Shown: piece after piece, positions 1 through 13,508 of the stretch
Layout of the letters: each line of letters starts with the position of its first letter
Numbering within the stretch: position 1 is the first letter of the stretch
DNA from: Octopus vulgaris
Taxonomy: Eukaryota
Length of the DNA: 64,000 nt
Direction of reading: 5' to 3'
Assembly: GCA_951406725.2 (NCBI GenBank)
Contig: OX597822.1
Coordinates: 91,946,001-92,010,000, forward strand
Notes under the pieces: model-generated
What the model was told of the DNA's origin: nothing
What the model saw: only the letters and a program-made list of their open reading frames with translations
The model's database searches: none
Position numbers and translations under genes: made by a program

Positions 1-558
1 ACCATAACCCGTGGCCTATGCCAGGGGTGTAACTAGCCCACTTATGCATACCTTTCTTTCATTGGACACTAAACTCTGCTTGCAAAGACCTGTTGAGGCA
101 AGTAAAATCGAAATCGAAATCAAATTCGATGACTGGCATCTGTGCTAGTGGAGTGCTAAGAGCACCATCTGAGCATGATCGTTGACAGAGCAGCTAACTG
201 GCTTCCATGCCAGGGGCACGTAAAAAGTACCATTCAAGCTTGATCGTTACTGGCACATAAAAAAATATATGGGCGAGGTCATTGCCAGTGCCACTGGACT
301 GGCTCCTGTGCAAGTAGCACGTAAAAAACACTATTTGAGCGTGGCTGTTGCCAGTACTGCCTGACTGGTTCTCATGCCGATGGCATGTAAAAGCACCCAC
401 TACACTCTCGGTGTGGTTGGTGTTAGGAAGGGCATCCAGCTGTAGAAACTCTGCCAGATCAGATTGGAGCCTGGTGCAGCCATCTGGTTTGCCAGTCCTC
501 AGTCAAATAGTCCAACCCATGCCAGCATGGAAAGCAGACGTTAAACAATGATGATGAT
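1..558 (+). mobile_element. RTE-X LINE 3' UTR fragment with internal ~60-bp repeats and (TGA)n tail
   Basis: 3' end similar to the reverse complement of 46960-47150; tail atgatgatg. Confidence 0.8.
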
Positions 559-1680
559 GTGTGGTTATGTGTGAGTCCATAATCAAGTATGTGTGTGAAA
601 GAGAAAGAGATAGTGCATATATGCATGATGGTTTGACAAAATGGTTAAGAAATTCACATATATAATCATAGCATGTTGGGTGTGTTGACTCATAGCCTAG
701 ACTTAACCCTTAACCTCAAGAATGAAATTGAGTAGAAGGGAAATCGTATGGGAATTCTTCAGATGGACTATACTTATTATCCAAAGATCCAGTATTGTTT
801 CTCACAGTACCATACTGATTCTGACTAAGTATTATGTTAAAGGTACAATTCTCTATGAACTACTCAGCTACTAAACAAACTGGAATACTCATCATAGAAA
901 CTCCTGAGAGATCCTTTAACTCTTAGGTGTATGTGTGTGAAGAAGGGCTCGAATCTGATTATGTATGTGTGTAAGAAGGTTTAGGTGCACATATTGTATC
1001 TCCATCATAGTGTGGATTATATCAGAGTACATAATGTGGGCTATATCCGAGTATGTATAAGTGAGTTAGGTCTGAATATGTTAGTGGGATGTGCCTGAGT
1101 ATTTACATGGGTTATGTCTGAGTATATATGTTTGTGGATTCTATCTTGTTATATGTGAAGGCATTTGTGAAGTGTTTGGAAGCACAAGTTTCAAAAGGTA
1201 TATGAGAGATGCTTGAACATATATAAGTTTATGTTTCTGCATTTCTGTAGACAATTAACTCTGTGCATAAGCATACATAACAGTATGTACATCTTGCTCT
1301 CTCTGCTTTTAATGTACATTTTTCCATAATTCAGTGGATAAGACAAAATTCGATGAGGTAGATATTTATATGACTGGATGATCTTCCTGTCACCTGTTCC
1401 CATGTAAGGTAATCATTCTCTAATTCCTTCAAACATAAACAGAATAATGCTTGGATTTCTTTTCATGAATAATGACAAAAGAATGAGATTGCAGGTATGA
1501 CAGTGCAGTTTCTACATAACTAGTATGCCCTATTGAGATAACAAGACATAAATAACACCACCTTCCCAATACACACACAAAGATACATATACATATATAC
1601 AAGCTACTTTCAGATTCTGTTTACCAAATCTACTCATAGGGCTTAAGTCAGCCAGAATAAGACCAGCAATAACAATAGTA

Positions 1681-1897
1681 ATAACCCTTTCTACTAGAGG
1701 CACAAGGCCTGAAATTTAGGGGAGGGGATAATCGATTAAATCGACCCCAGTACTCAACTGGTACTTATTTTATCAATCCCTAAAGTATGATAGGCAAAGT
1801 CGACCTCAGCAGAATTTGAACCCAGAATATAAAGACTGACGAAATGTCACTAAGCATTTTGTCTGGCATGCTAATGATTCTGCCAGCTTGCTGCCTT
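1681..1897 (-). mobile_element. SINE (second tRNA-derived family)
   Basis: Shared with 27540-27754, 38141-38555 and 53933-54152 (ggcaaagtcgacctcggcggaatttgaac core). Confidence 0.7.
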
Positions 1898-1982
1898 AAT
1901 AGCAGCAGCAGCAGTGGCAGTAGTAGTAGTAGTAGTAGTAGTAGTAGCAGTAGTAGTAGCAGTAATAGTAGTAGTAGTAATG
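1898..1982. repeat. (AGC)n/(AGT)n microsatellite
   Basis: Direct reading; explains the poly-L/S/V ORFs. Confidence 0.95.
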
Positions 1983-2129
1983 GTTTCAAATTTTGGCACA
2001 TGGCCAGTAATTTCAGGGTGGCGTTACGTCAATTTCTTCAAGTCTAATGGGTACTTATTGTATCAACCTCAAACAAATAATAATGATGATGATGATCATC
2101 ATCATCATAATAATCATATAGAAACTACA

Positions 2130-2900
2130 GAGTACCAGAGAATATAGACAAAGTAACTAATGAAGTCAATCTGGATGGACAAGTAATAGTAAGTAAGTAC
2201 AGCACAAGACTTGAATGATGTAGAGAAGATTTTAGAAATGTTGTAAGGTAAAATGCCTGATGAGAACAATGAAGTACCACCAAATGTAAGTTATATGGAC
2301 AGAAAACAAGTGAGGAAAGTCCCAGGTAAAGTAAATGACGTTTTGAGCTTAATTAAAACAGAAAACATCAGTGAATCAAATCAGCTGATCCTAGTTGCTG
2401 CTAATGTTGTAGCTAACATAGGAGGGTGCAAGCAAAAAACTGAAGATATAAAAGCAAATGGATAGAAAGAACCAAACTGGAGGCAGAGAATATGAGTGAA
2501 GTTGGAAAAGACAGAAAAAACTGGAGAAATTGAATAGGATAATGAGAGGAGAGCTCAAGACTAAGGTAGTAATCAGAAAATTGAATGGACGGTACAGGAT
2601 AGATGAAAAGGGAAATCAAACAGTACATGAAGCATTGATACAAAAGATGACAGTATTAAAGACCAAATTGAAAAGATATGATGACAGATGCAAAGGTTTC
2701 AAACAGAAGAGACTGTTCCAATTAAATGGCATCTATTCAAGGAAATAAAGGGAGGCCAACACCGAGAACTGATTCCAGATGCAGAAGAAAGTAAAGAATT
2801 CTGGGAAGGCTGTGGAACAGGCCAGCAAGGCATAAAGAAAGCACAGAGTGGCTAACAAAAATGGAAAGCCAACTTGCAACTGTACCAAGACAAAAAAACA
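2130..2900 (+). mobile_element. Degenerate R4/Dong-like non-LTR retrotransposon, N-terminal ORF fragment
   Basis: Broken frames reading KLKRYDDRCKGFKQKRLFQ and PDAEESKEFWEG, resembling the pre-RT region of Dong/R4; abuts TAA/TGA repeats. Confidence 0.6.
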
Positions 2901-2949
2901 CGCCAGAATTAATCTATATATAGTGAGATAGAAGTTTAAATAAATAGTA

Positions 2950-5210
2950 AATAGTTAATGGGCCTTAAAACATTTTTACTTACTACTTTATAATTCTAGT
3001 AATCTCTTTCTTCATGGTCAATAAATCCATATCATATAAGTTTCCACTTTTATCACATTGCACAATAATTTCATTTTTTTCTTTTAAGATCACATACTAA
3101 AAACTTTAGTTTCTTTAAATGTTCATTTCCCCTAAGGGATATTTTAAAAATTTAGTAATTTTGACAGTACTCCATAAATCGTTTTTGAAAGCCTCCAGAT
3201 GGTGGTTGGGTGGTGGAAATTTCTTAGTCTTAAAGTTCTTTTTAAAAGGTTCAATATCTTCATTATGAGGGTTAATTTCTTGCTCAAAATGCTTATCATG
3301 GTAAAAGGACTTCCTTTTAATAATTATTAGACTAGAATTAATATAATTTATCATGGGAGTTATTGTGTGAGATTGGTAACTGATCAAAACTATTGGTTAG
3401 AAATTTTATTATTAATAATCAGACCATTTTGAAATAGAAGCTAAATAACAATGACATTATCATCTATTTAATTATCAGGCTTTGAATATTAATTAAGGAG
3501 AATTAAGAAGAGCTAATTATGTGAATAATTCCTAGCCAAAAAAAAACCTATCAATTAGCACATATATGAAGAGCCTTTAAAATATTTTAAAGTGTAATGG
3601 AAGGGAGGTAACCAAGATGAACTTAATAATTTCACTAGATATATGGAATTTAGGCAATCCTTTATAGAAAATTTTTAAAGATTTTATTTCACTTTATTTA
3701 ATTTATTTATATTATTAAATTTCTTAATAATCGATGCAGGTTAAATAAACTAGTATGGTATATTATTTCCTTATTTGGTTACAAAACATTAAGATTTGAA
3801 AATTTAGGAATAGTCAGAATGCTATTATTTAAAATACTTAAAAGTACGGGTGGCACAATGTATGCAAGATACTCCTAGATCAAAACGGTTATTCAATAAG
3901 TTTATATTATTCCTATGTTTCAAAATTTCATGTCTCCTTAGAACAAAGTTCACATCCATCTCTTCTATTTTTATAAGGCTGTGCCTTTCTTATTATATCC
4001 CATTTTAGGTTAAACTCAATATTTTTTCCTTTCAATTCCCAAATTTTACTAGACAGTATTGTGCAACCCGCCTTATGTTTAAGTCTAAAACTAGATAAAT
4101 GATTGTTTAAGCGTTTTTCTGGTCTATCAAACATCTGAAATAAAAATAGCTATTATTTGAAGTCATTACTGTACATTTATAAATTACATTTTGGACCAGA
4201 CACTGACCAGATACCGGACATCTTGATCTAATTCTACAATCACAACTGGGGGGATGATTTCTGATATTAGTATTTAGGAACAAGCTGTTTTCATTGTTAT
4301 CATTAGAGCTGTTATTAACATTAGTATTATTTCCCTTATCTATAATTATATTATGTAAGTTATGGTTGTTTGTTACTAATTTTTTTCTCCATTCCCTCAC
4401 TTTCCACATATATTATTGATATTATTATTATTATTGTTTATATTAATGTTATTATTATTATTATATAATAATAATGATAATAATAATAATGATAATAGTA
4501 ATTTTAATTGTAATAGTAATTTAAAACCATTTTATCTTACTCATTATCATATATCATATATATCACTATATCATCTTACCGAATAATACAATTCTATTAG
4601 ACACGCGCTTAACCTATATAGAACCAAACAGTTATAACTCTATTTTATAACGCTAGTGAAGTACATTCTAAAATTATTAACATAAATGATATGTCTAGCA
4701 TATTCCTTTAATTTAACTCATTAATGCAAATAAATTACTATTTACTAACTAACTATAAATCTATATTAATAATAATCTGATATATATATTTTTATAAATA
4801 TGAAATGATTTCTATACTCTCTATCCCTATATAAGATACTAAAATTTATTAGAATCCTTTGGAAAAAACTATCTAAAAGATATTTATTTCAAATCACAAG
4901 TAGGATTATGGTTGCTAAATGGTTAAGGTATTAGAAGTCTCTATTCTCCCTACCCCACTAACTTTAGCTAAAATACATTCAAATGTACCAGAGTAAAATT
5001 CTTCATAACAGTGATGGATTTATGGCACTGTCACTTAAACTGACCCTTCCTCTATCTATAAATAGATAAATTCTTGATTGTCTTCACTGAACTTAATAGA
5101 AAGCCCCCTCCCCAATGGTAAATCTAAATAACAAAGTAAATTCAGTGAGAAGAAATCTACCCATGAGTAAAGATCTTCTACTACCATGTTTTTACTGATG
5201 AAATTCACCT
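2950..5210 (-). mobile_element. Degenerate Penelope-like element with GIY-YIG endonuclease
   Basis: CDCRIRSRCPVSGQCLVQNVIYKCTV...KRLNNHLSSFR...LSSKIWELK...WDII...CELC (PLE GIY-YIG), frameshifted; followed by a second N-terminal ORF piece (3115-3387), the partial-tandem layout typical of PLEs. Confidence 0.8.
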
Positions 5211-5279
5211 CTCTGTCTATGTACCTACCCTCTTTGTAATGTTGGCAAATGGAATTAAGTATAAAAATGAACTCCTATA

Positions 5280-5691
5280 GGCACAGGAGTGGCTGTGTGG
5301 TAAGTAGCTTGGTAACCAACCACATGGTTCCGGGTTCAGTCCCACTGCGTGGCATCTTGGGCAAGTGTCTTCTGCTATAGCCCCGGGCCGACCAATGCCT
5401 TGTGTGTGGATTTGGTAGACGGAAACTGAAAGAAGCCTGTCGTATATATGTATATATATATATTTATGTGTGTGTGTTTGTGTGTCTGTGTTTGTTCCCC
5501 TAGCATTGCTTGACAACCGATGCTGGTGTGTTTACGTCCCCGTCACTTAGCGGTTCGGCAAAAAGCGACCAATAAAATAAGTACTGGGCTTACAAAAAGA
5601 ATAAGTCCCGGAGTCGAGTTGCTCGACTAAAGGCGGTGCTCCAGCATGGCCGCAGTCAAATGATTGAAACAAGTAAAAGAGTAAAAAGAGT
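5280..5691 (+). mobile_element. tRNA-derived SINE with central TA/TG microsatellite (major family)
   Basis: A/B boxes (GGCTGTGTGG; GGTTCAGTCC); near-identical copies elsewhere in the window. Confidence 0.9.
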
Positions 5692-5959
5692 ATTGTCAAT
5701 ATAATTTTTAAAATTCCATATGTGGCTGAAGAGTGCTCTACATTTTAAAACTGATGTAATACTTACATTGTTTAATTAAATGAAGTAGCATGAAATGATT
5801 GTACTACACTACCTTTGGATATCCTTGTTGCTTATTTTGATTATAATCACCCCATTTGATTTATATGGATAATACCATACCAAATTCTGGTGCCTTTAAC
5901 TTAAGTACCATATTGATCTGAATCTAAATTTTTGCTGTATATATATATATATATATAAT

Positions 5960-7600
5960 ATTAGGGAGTATAACTCCAAACTTACAGGGAAACATTCAAT
6001 TTAGTATTAAATCAAATTTCACAATATTTATTTATTTATGATTTGGTTTATGTCTATCATTGTTTGAATTGCATAATAGTGGCTTTTTCTGTAATTTCTC
6101 CCGCCCTGATATGCTACTCCCACTCATATCCAAACCCTTGTCCTCCAAACCCCCTCGCACATCCCCATCCCCTCCCTCCCAGCCTTCCACCAGCCCTACC
6201 ACCCCTTCTATCTATACCCCATCCACCCTTCCTACTTCTATTCCATCCACCCCTTCTCCACTTCAGTCTGTTGTTACCATTCCCCCAGATCTTCCCCTCT
6301 CTGAGGCAGAGTGCTCCTTCCTCAGTAGGGGTCTGCGTGTCATCCCCTCACTCTATCCTGTTATGAATTTCAGACTCGTGCTGATATCCACAGCTTTGTG
6401 CGCCATGTTAGGTTGTGTGCGCTTTTCTGCAACATTCCACCTGCTTCTAATAAGGAGGACTGCTTCACTGACCTGGGCCGCTGACCATCCCAGTGGACGC
6501 CTGCTCTTGGCCAGTTCCAAGCAGTTGATCTTTTTGCGGGTGCCTGCCAGTACGCTGTGGACCAGTTTAAATTTTCCAGGCATCCCTGTCGTCTCAACAT
6601 CTACCCAGCTGAACTATCAGCCCTTCGATCCTTCCAACGCTGCACTGACATCATTATAAAACTGGCCGCCAAGGGTGGAGCTGTGGTGGTATGGCACGCG
6701 GACCTCTATAAGGCCGAAGCTCTCCGCCAACTTCAAGACACCTCCTTCTACTGCCCTCTGCCCTCTGACCCCACGGCCAGCTACCAACAGACTGTGTCCT
6801 CCACTATCCATGACCTCATCTCTTCTTCCCATCTCCCTCACACTGCCTCCAACCTCATTGTCTGCACCCCCACCATTTACTTCCTCCTCAAACCTAGCAA
6901 CCCTGGCCGCCCCATCGTCTCTGCCTGTAACTGCCCCACTGAGCTTATCTCCAAATATCTTGACCGTATCCTTGCCCCCCCCTCCCCAATGGCTTCTCTC
7001 CCTTCTCACATCCCTGACACCAACCACATGCTTCGTCTGTTCAACTCTTTCTCCTTCCCTCCTGGTCCCTCTAAACTTCTCCTCACTCTCAACATCTAGA
7101 GCATTTACACAGTGATCCCTCACCACGAGGGGCTGCGTGCACTCAAACATTTCCTTGCCCTCCGACTCAACCCCCAACCTGACACCTCCACACTTGTTCG
7201 TCTGGCCGAACTTGTCCTCTCACTCAACTGCTTCTCGTTCATGGGCAATTTCTACCAGCTGATCTCGGGAGTGGCCATGGGAACAAGAATGGGCCCCAAC
7301 TATGCGAACCTGTTCGTTGGCTATGTTGAAGCCCAAATATTCTCAAATTTCACTGGTTTCACTCCCGAACTATCATCTGAACCTGATGAATATTCAATGC
7401 AAGAAAGTATACTAGTTCAATGAGAATAGACATTTAATATTTAATTTTCAATATTTCATTTGTTCAATAAGACAATCAATACTTCATTTCATTTCTTTCT
7501 TACTATATATATTCTGTATTCTATATCCTATATCTATATTAATATTATAAGAATATAAATAAAACATAAAAAAACAGAGTTGGAATTCCTTTGAGTAATA
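5960..7600 (+). mobile_element. Penelope-like element, RT fragment fused to pLTR
   Basis: AAKGGAVVVW, PGRPIVSACNCPTELISKYLD, GVAMGTRMGPNYANLFVGYVE (PLE RT motifs) with frameshifts; bounded by (TA)n on both sides. Confidence 0.88.
7378..7419 (+). ncRNA. Type I hammerhead ribozyme motif (Penelope pLTR)
   Basis: TGAAC-CTGATGA-atattcaatgcaa-GAAA-GTATAC-TA-GTTCA: perfect 5-bp stem I, palindromic stem III AGTATACT, CUA triplet; stem II poorly paired. Confidence 0.7.
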
Positions 7601-7614
7601 TATATATATAAGGA

Positions 7615-8404
7615 AATGACTAGAGACTGAGACCTATGGAAGTATGCTGTGCGTGAGAAGACCCGGCAAGACTAGTGAGGCCATAACCCGTGGCCCCTAC
7701 CTGGGACGTAGTCAGTCCACCTGTGCATACCTTCCTTCTTGTGACACTTGTGAAGACCTGTTGAGGCAAGTGAAAATCAAACCAAATCAAAATAGATGAC
7801 CATCAATGGAATTTGTATATTTGTGGTACCAGTGCCCCAACTATAAGAAAACCATCCGAACGTGGCCGTAGCCAGTACCTCATCGACTGGCCTCAGTGCT
7901 GTGGGCACGTAACAAACACCATCCGATCGTGGCCATTCGCCAGCCTCGTCTGGCACCTGTGTCGGTGGCACATAAAAAACACCATCCAAGCATATATATA
8001 TATATGGTTGCCATGGTAGCCACTGAGGTGTGGGCTGGTGCATGGTTGTGATGAAAAAGGACTCCTCTGGTGAGCATTCCTGGCCTTTTTTCTTTAATTG
8101 CTTCTCGGAGACATTTCAGTAGCTGAGAATAATACAGCCCTGTCTGGCACCTGTGTCGGTGGCACATAAAAAAAAACACCATCCGAGCGTGGCTGTTCGC
8201 CAGCCTCGTCTGGCACCTGTGTCGGTGGCACATAAAATCACCCACTACACTCTCGGAGTGGTTGGCGTTAGGAAGGGCATCCAGCTGTAGAAACACTGCC
8301 AGATATGACTGGCCTGGTGCAGCCTTCGGGCTTCCTAGACCCCAGTTGAACCGTCCAACCCATGCTAGCATGGAAAGCGGACGTTAAACGATGATGATGA
8401 TGAT
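7615..8404 (+). mobile_element. RTE-X LINE 3' end with repeats, interrupted by a mariner-derived insert
   Basis: Starts with ORF2 C-terminus (EMTRD.DLWKYAVREKTRQD), 3' UTR and (TGA)n tail. Confidence 0.85.
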
Positions 8405-8405
8405 A

Positions 8406-8439
<34 letters not shown>

Positions 8440-8447
8440 CATAAATA

Positions 8448-9746
8448 CGAGGGGTGTATGAAAAGTCTTGAGCCTCAAAAAAACAGAATATGGTGCAAGT
8501 CTTCTGATGATTTATTTTTCAACATAGTCCCCCTCGATGACTGAACACTTTCTTTAGTGGTGCTGAAGCGCCATTATCCCAGCATAGAAGAACTCTTTGT
8601 TTTTGAGACTCCAAGAAACTTCCTACAGCGTCTATGACGTCATTGTCACTGGCAAAATGGCAACCTGCCAGGGCTATTTTCATTTTTGGGAATAGATGAA
8701 AGTCAGAGGAGGATAAGTCTGGCAAATAAGGTGGATGGGGAACAGGTTCGTATCCACAATCACGAATTGTTGCCATGGTAACCACTGAGGTGTGGGCTGG
8801 TGCATGGTTGTGATGAAAAAGGACTCCTCTGGTGAGCATTCCTGGCCTTTTTTCTTTGATTGCTTCTCGGAGACATTTCAGTAGCTGAGAATAATACAGC
8901 CCTGTCATGGTGTGGCCCTTTTCAAGATAATCGATCAGCAAGACACCTTGAGAATCCCCCAAAATGGACGCCATGATCTTGCCAGCCAAAGGAATGACCC
9001 TGGCCTTCTTTGGGGTAGGAGAAGATGTGTGCTTCCACTGCTTTGATTGTTCTTTGGTTTCAGGCTGGTAGTGATGAACCCAACTTTCGTCCATAGTAAT
9101 GAAACGAACAAGAAATTCTCTTCATCGGCTTCAAACAGTTTCAGATTGCTCAGGGACAAAGTGCACCTGGTATGTTTCTGTTCAGGAGTCAAAAGGTGAG
9201 GGATTTACCTTGTGGAAACCTTTAAGAACCCAAGTTCTTTTGTCACAATGTTGTTTGCTCTTTCAGTTGAGATGCCTAGTCTCTCAGCTATCTAACGACA
9301 TGATATTCAACGATATTGCATTATCCTACCAAGAACAAGGTCAAGGTTGTCCTTGATGGTTGCAGTTGGAGGTCCCCCTGGTCTGGGATCAACTTACACA
9401 CTTTCCCTGCCACACCTGAATTCATTTACCCAACGTTTGACTGTTGCATATGAAGGAGAATTATCTGTTAAGATTCTCCCAATATCTTCATGGATTTCTG
9501 ATAGAGTCATGCCTTTCAAATGAAGGTACTTTATGACAGCATGATACTCAGTTTTCTCCATTTTCCTTGTAACCGTGATACATGTTAATTCAAAAATCTG
9601 CAGCAAAAAAATATTAAAATATCAGTATCATGAAAATGAGCAAGAATGCTCCAAAAAGACTGTACTTACCAGAAAAAATTGTTTCAGCTATCTTATCTAG
9701 CAGTCCTATTTCTAGGTTAGGCTAAAAACTTTTCATACACCCCTCG
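8448..9746 (-). mobile_element. Full-length degenerate mariner (D,D34D) transposon
   Basis: TIRs CGAGGGGTGTATGAAAAGT at both ends, TA TSDs; DESWVH, HHNHAPAH, PHPPYLPDLSSSDFHLF; frameshifted. Confidence 0.95.
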
Positions 9747-9807
9747 TATATATACATATATATATATACTTCTTCCGTTTTTCATTTGCCATATATGTGT
9801 GTGTGTG

Positions 9808-9875
<68 letters not shown>

Positions 9876-9889
9876 TTTATATATATATG

Positions 9890-9935
<46 letters not shown>

Positions 9936-10007
9936 CTTCTTCTGTTTTTCATTTGCTATATATATATATACATATACATATATGCATATATATATATAGA
10001 TACATAC

Positions 10008-10084
<77 letters not shown>

Positions 10085-10085
10085 A
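9747..10085. repeat. Compound (TA)n/(TATG)n/(CA)n microsatellite with a duplicated ~25-bp spacer
   Basis: cttcttccgtttttcatttgc at ~9768 recurs at ~9936. Confidence 0.9.
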
Positions 10086-10090
10086 TATAT

Positions 10091-10275
10091 TCTTTCATTT
10101 GTTGCAGTCATTTGACTACAGTCATGCTGGAGCACTGCTTTTAGTCAAAGAAATCGACCCCAGGACTTATTCTTTGTAAGCCTGGTACTTATTTTATCGG
10201 CCTCTTTTGCCAAACCGCTAAGTTACAGGGACATAAAGACACCGACATTGGTTGTCAAGTGATGGTGGGAGGACA

Positions 10276-10319
<44 letters not shown>

Positions 10320-10463
10320 TGGCTTCTTTCAGTTTCCGTTTACCAAATCCACTCACAAGGCTTTCGTTGGCCTGACACTTAGCCAAGGTGCCATGCAGGG
10401 GGACTAAACCCAGATTATGTGGTTGGGAAGCAAGCTTCTTACTACACTGTCATGCCTGCGCCT
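10091..10463 (-). mobile_element. tRNA-derived SINE (major family)
   Basis: Reverse complement of 5280-5691. Confidence 0.88.
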
Positions 10464-12088
10464 CTATATTTATACATACAATCCTCAAAATCCCCCTTAC
10501 CTCACTCTATCTATCTTTCTTTCTATTTATTTTCTTTTCTTTACTTTTAGCAATTAATAGCCACCTTCACTACCATTCTGTTATTGAACGTTGATATGTT
10601 CACGTCTACAATATCAGGACTTTAACCCACATGGGTATGTGCAGGATGGCACCTAAAGACTTACATTCACGGATCTATGCAGGATTGCACCTAAGGACTC
10701 ATGTACTGGCTTCTATAACTTCAGTAAGTTGAACTATGAACTTTTATGCTTCTTTTTGCTTCTTTCTTTCCATCTCCTTATTCTTTTACTCCTTTCCTCC
10801 ATGTCTTCATCTTATTGATATATACCATTCTCATTTTCCATATTTGCAACATGCATGCTAATTTGTGGACATGCATAAATTATATTTGTGTACATACACA
10901 CACATCCTGCCTTTTATAGATATACAGATACTAAGTTTTTCTATATGTTTTTCTACAGAGCCGAAATGCTCCATACAAATGCATAAAAATATAAAACTGT
11001 AATGGTATATCTTCTTCTTCCTCTGACAAGATCCAAATTTATAATGGTTTAATTATTTTAATTAATTTCTTAAGTCAGAGATTATGTCTATTTTTGTGAT
11101 TAATAAATATAATTATTGATAGATTTATCTCTATTTTCTTATTTTTCTTAAGTAAATATAAATCTCAGTATATTTAATTACCTATTTTGAATATTAAATC
11201 TAATATTTAAAATAAATAATACGTAAGAAACCAGTAAATTCATTGGATATTATTATCCTTTAATGAGGATTATTTAATCTCTAATTCAACTTTCAAAATG
11301 TATATATATATGTGTGTGTGTGTGTATAGTATATATATATATATATATATATATGCATATAAGGATACAGGATGTCACTAACTGTGCAAGAAACATGAAA
11401 TATGTAAACAACGAGAGAAAAAAAATCGAAAAAAGACAAGTAAACACAGAAAAAGGACCTTTCATCCGTTGACAGCTGTCTATCTACTCATTTCGAGCAT
11501 TCAACGACAATATGAGTCTTCATAGACAGTTGCTCCCATAAATTGTGAAAATTTAGGATTTATCAAGTGTCAAAAATGGGAACAAAAACAGGACAGTGGA
11601 AACATACAAGGAAACCAAACGAAAACAAACATGGAGGGCATTAGACCAGATTGAGAGGAAAATAGCAAATGCTAGGAGAAATATTTTTTTTGAAAAGAGA
11701 AAAGATAGAAGAGGGAGAAAAAAAATCTAGTCTTTTGCACGTCCATGCAGGAAAAGAAAGTTGGTCACATATGAAAAAGAAAGATGGACGATGGTCATGT
11801 GTGAGCAATGAGAGAGAGTAAAAGAGAAAGAGGGGAGAGAGAGAGAGGCAGATAGAAAACGGTGAAAGAGGGGGAGTGAGAAAAGGAATTCAAGAAGAAT
11901 GGAGGAAGAAAACAGTATAGAGTTGCATCAAAAAGGTTAAGATAAACTTACTTGGAAATGGCTGCATGGCATTCAATTAAATAATAATAATAAATAATAT
12001 ATATGTATGTGTGTGTATATATATATATGTATATATATCTACACACACACACACATATATATATATACACGCACACAAATATATGTGA

Positions 12089-12136
<48 letters not shown>

Positions 12137-12168
12137 TTTATTTAAAAGCAGCAGAAATATAACAAAGG

Positions 12169-12206
12169 TTGTTACCCAGAGTTTCACATTCCCATTCGTC
12201 AGACAG
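12169..12206 (-). ncRNA. Type I hammerhead ribozyme motif (decayed)
   Basis: Minus strand CTGT-CTGACGA-ATGGGAATGT-GAAA-CTCTGGG-TA-ACAA; core intact, stems with CpG-type decay. Confidence 0.6.
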
Positions 12207-12543
12207 TTTTGTTAAAATGGAACAGAAATAATGATATAATCAAAACTAGTTAATGGATACACCTTTAAAAATGGATTTGTTTCATTGGTCCTTTCAATTA
12301 ATGGTCTTAAGCGTGCAGCGAACAAAATAAATTAATATAATTTCATCCTATTGTAAAATTGAAGAACACCTTAAATCGAAGAGTAGATTCAAAATACATA
12401 TTGTAAATAATTATATACGAAATATAAGTCAATTAAAATTTAAATTTAAATTTTCGTGCTGCATTACATAAATATTTTACATGAAATGGGTATGTTTGTA
12501 CGTAAATATATATATATGCATGTGTGTGTATATATATATATAC

Positions 12544-13084
12544 AGGTGCAGGAGTGGCTGTGTGGTAAGTAGCTTGCTTACCAACCACATGGTTCCGGGT
12601 TCAGTCCCACTGCATGACACCTTTGGCAAGTGTCTTCTACTATAGCCTAGGGTCAACCAAAGCCTTGTGAGTGGATTTGGTAGACGGAAACTGAAAGAAG
12701 CCCGTCGTATATATGTATATATATATGCACATATATTGAATATTCTATTGGATAATAGGTCATGTTCCTCTAGTTTTCCGCCGGTATTGCCTCCATTGAA
12801 ATCATAAATTGGAACTTAGCTCAATTAGAGCACTTTAATTCTAGCCTGTATTTGAGCATTGTAAAAGTTAACAATCTCAACTTAAAATTGTACATGTATA
12901 TGTATATATGTGTGTGTGTGTGTGTGTTTGCTGGCGTGTTTACTTCCCCATAACTTAGCAGTTCAGCAAAAGAGGCCGATAGAATAAGTACTAGGCTTAT
13001 AAAGAATAAGTCCTGGGGTCGATTTGCTCGACTAAAAGGTGGTGCTCCAGCATGGCCGCAGTCAAATGACTGAAACGAGTAAAA

Positions 13085-13086
<2 letters not shown>
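12544..13086 (+). mobile_element. tRNA-derived SINE (major family) with an insertion in its central microsatellite
   Basis: Head 12544-12720 and tail 12930-13086 match 5280-5691. Confidence 0.85.
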
Positions 13087-13116
<30 letters not shown>

Positions 13117-13121
<5 letters not shown>

Positions 13122-13508
13122 TCGCCAAGCTAACATGGCAGTCCAGAAAAATAGGACGAATGCTGCCATTGATTAGCTCCAAGAAGCCATCGCCTCTAGG
13201 TAGCTATGTGACACACAAACCTGTGTCCATTATAACCTTCGAACAAGGGAGGTCAGCCGCTTCCCCTTGCTGGTCTGGCATCTACAGGCTAGTTTCAGGG
13301 TATTTTCCCCTTATCAATGTAGAGTAACCAAACACAGCAGGCGTCGCTACTGACTGTCTGTTTGAAGGATTATTTACCTAAAATTCAGTGGAATACATCC
13401 ACTGGTTTTCAAAAATAGAAATATTAATATTTCTAAGTCTCTCTAAAGGAGACTACGGCAGCATTCATCCTATTTTTCTGGACTGTCATATTAGCTTGGC
13501 GATAATTA
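13117..13508. mobile_element. MITE with ~50-bp TIRs
   Basis: TTATCGCCAAGCTAACATGGCAGTCCAGAAAAATAGGACGAATGCTGCC and its near-perfect reverse complement at 13457-13505. Confidence 0.85.

Noticed and set aside
6043-6659. Pro/Ser-rich ORFs
   Set aside because: Frames of the C-rich Penelope N-terminal region, not a host gene
9717-10144. ORFs rich in Y/I/C/V/H/T (also near 12000, 15400-15720 and 40000-40470)
   Set aside because: Translations of TA/TG/CA microsatellites
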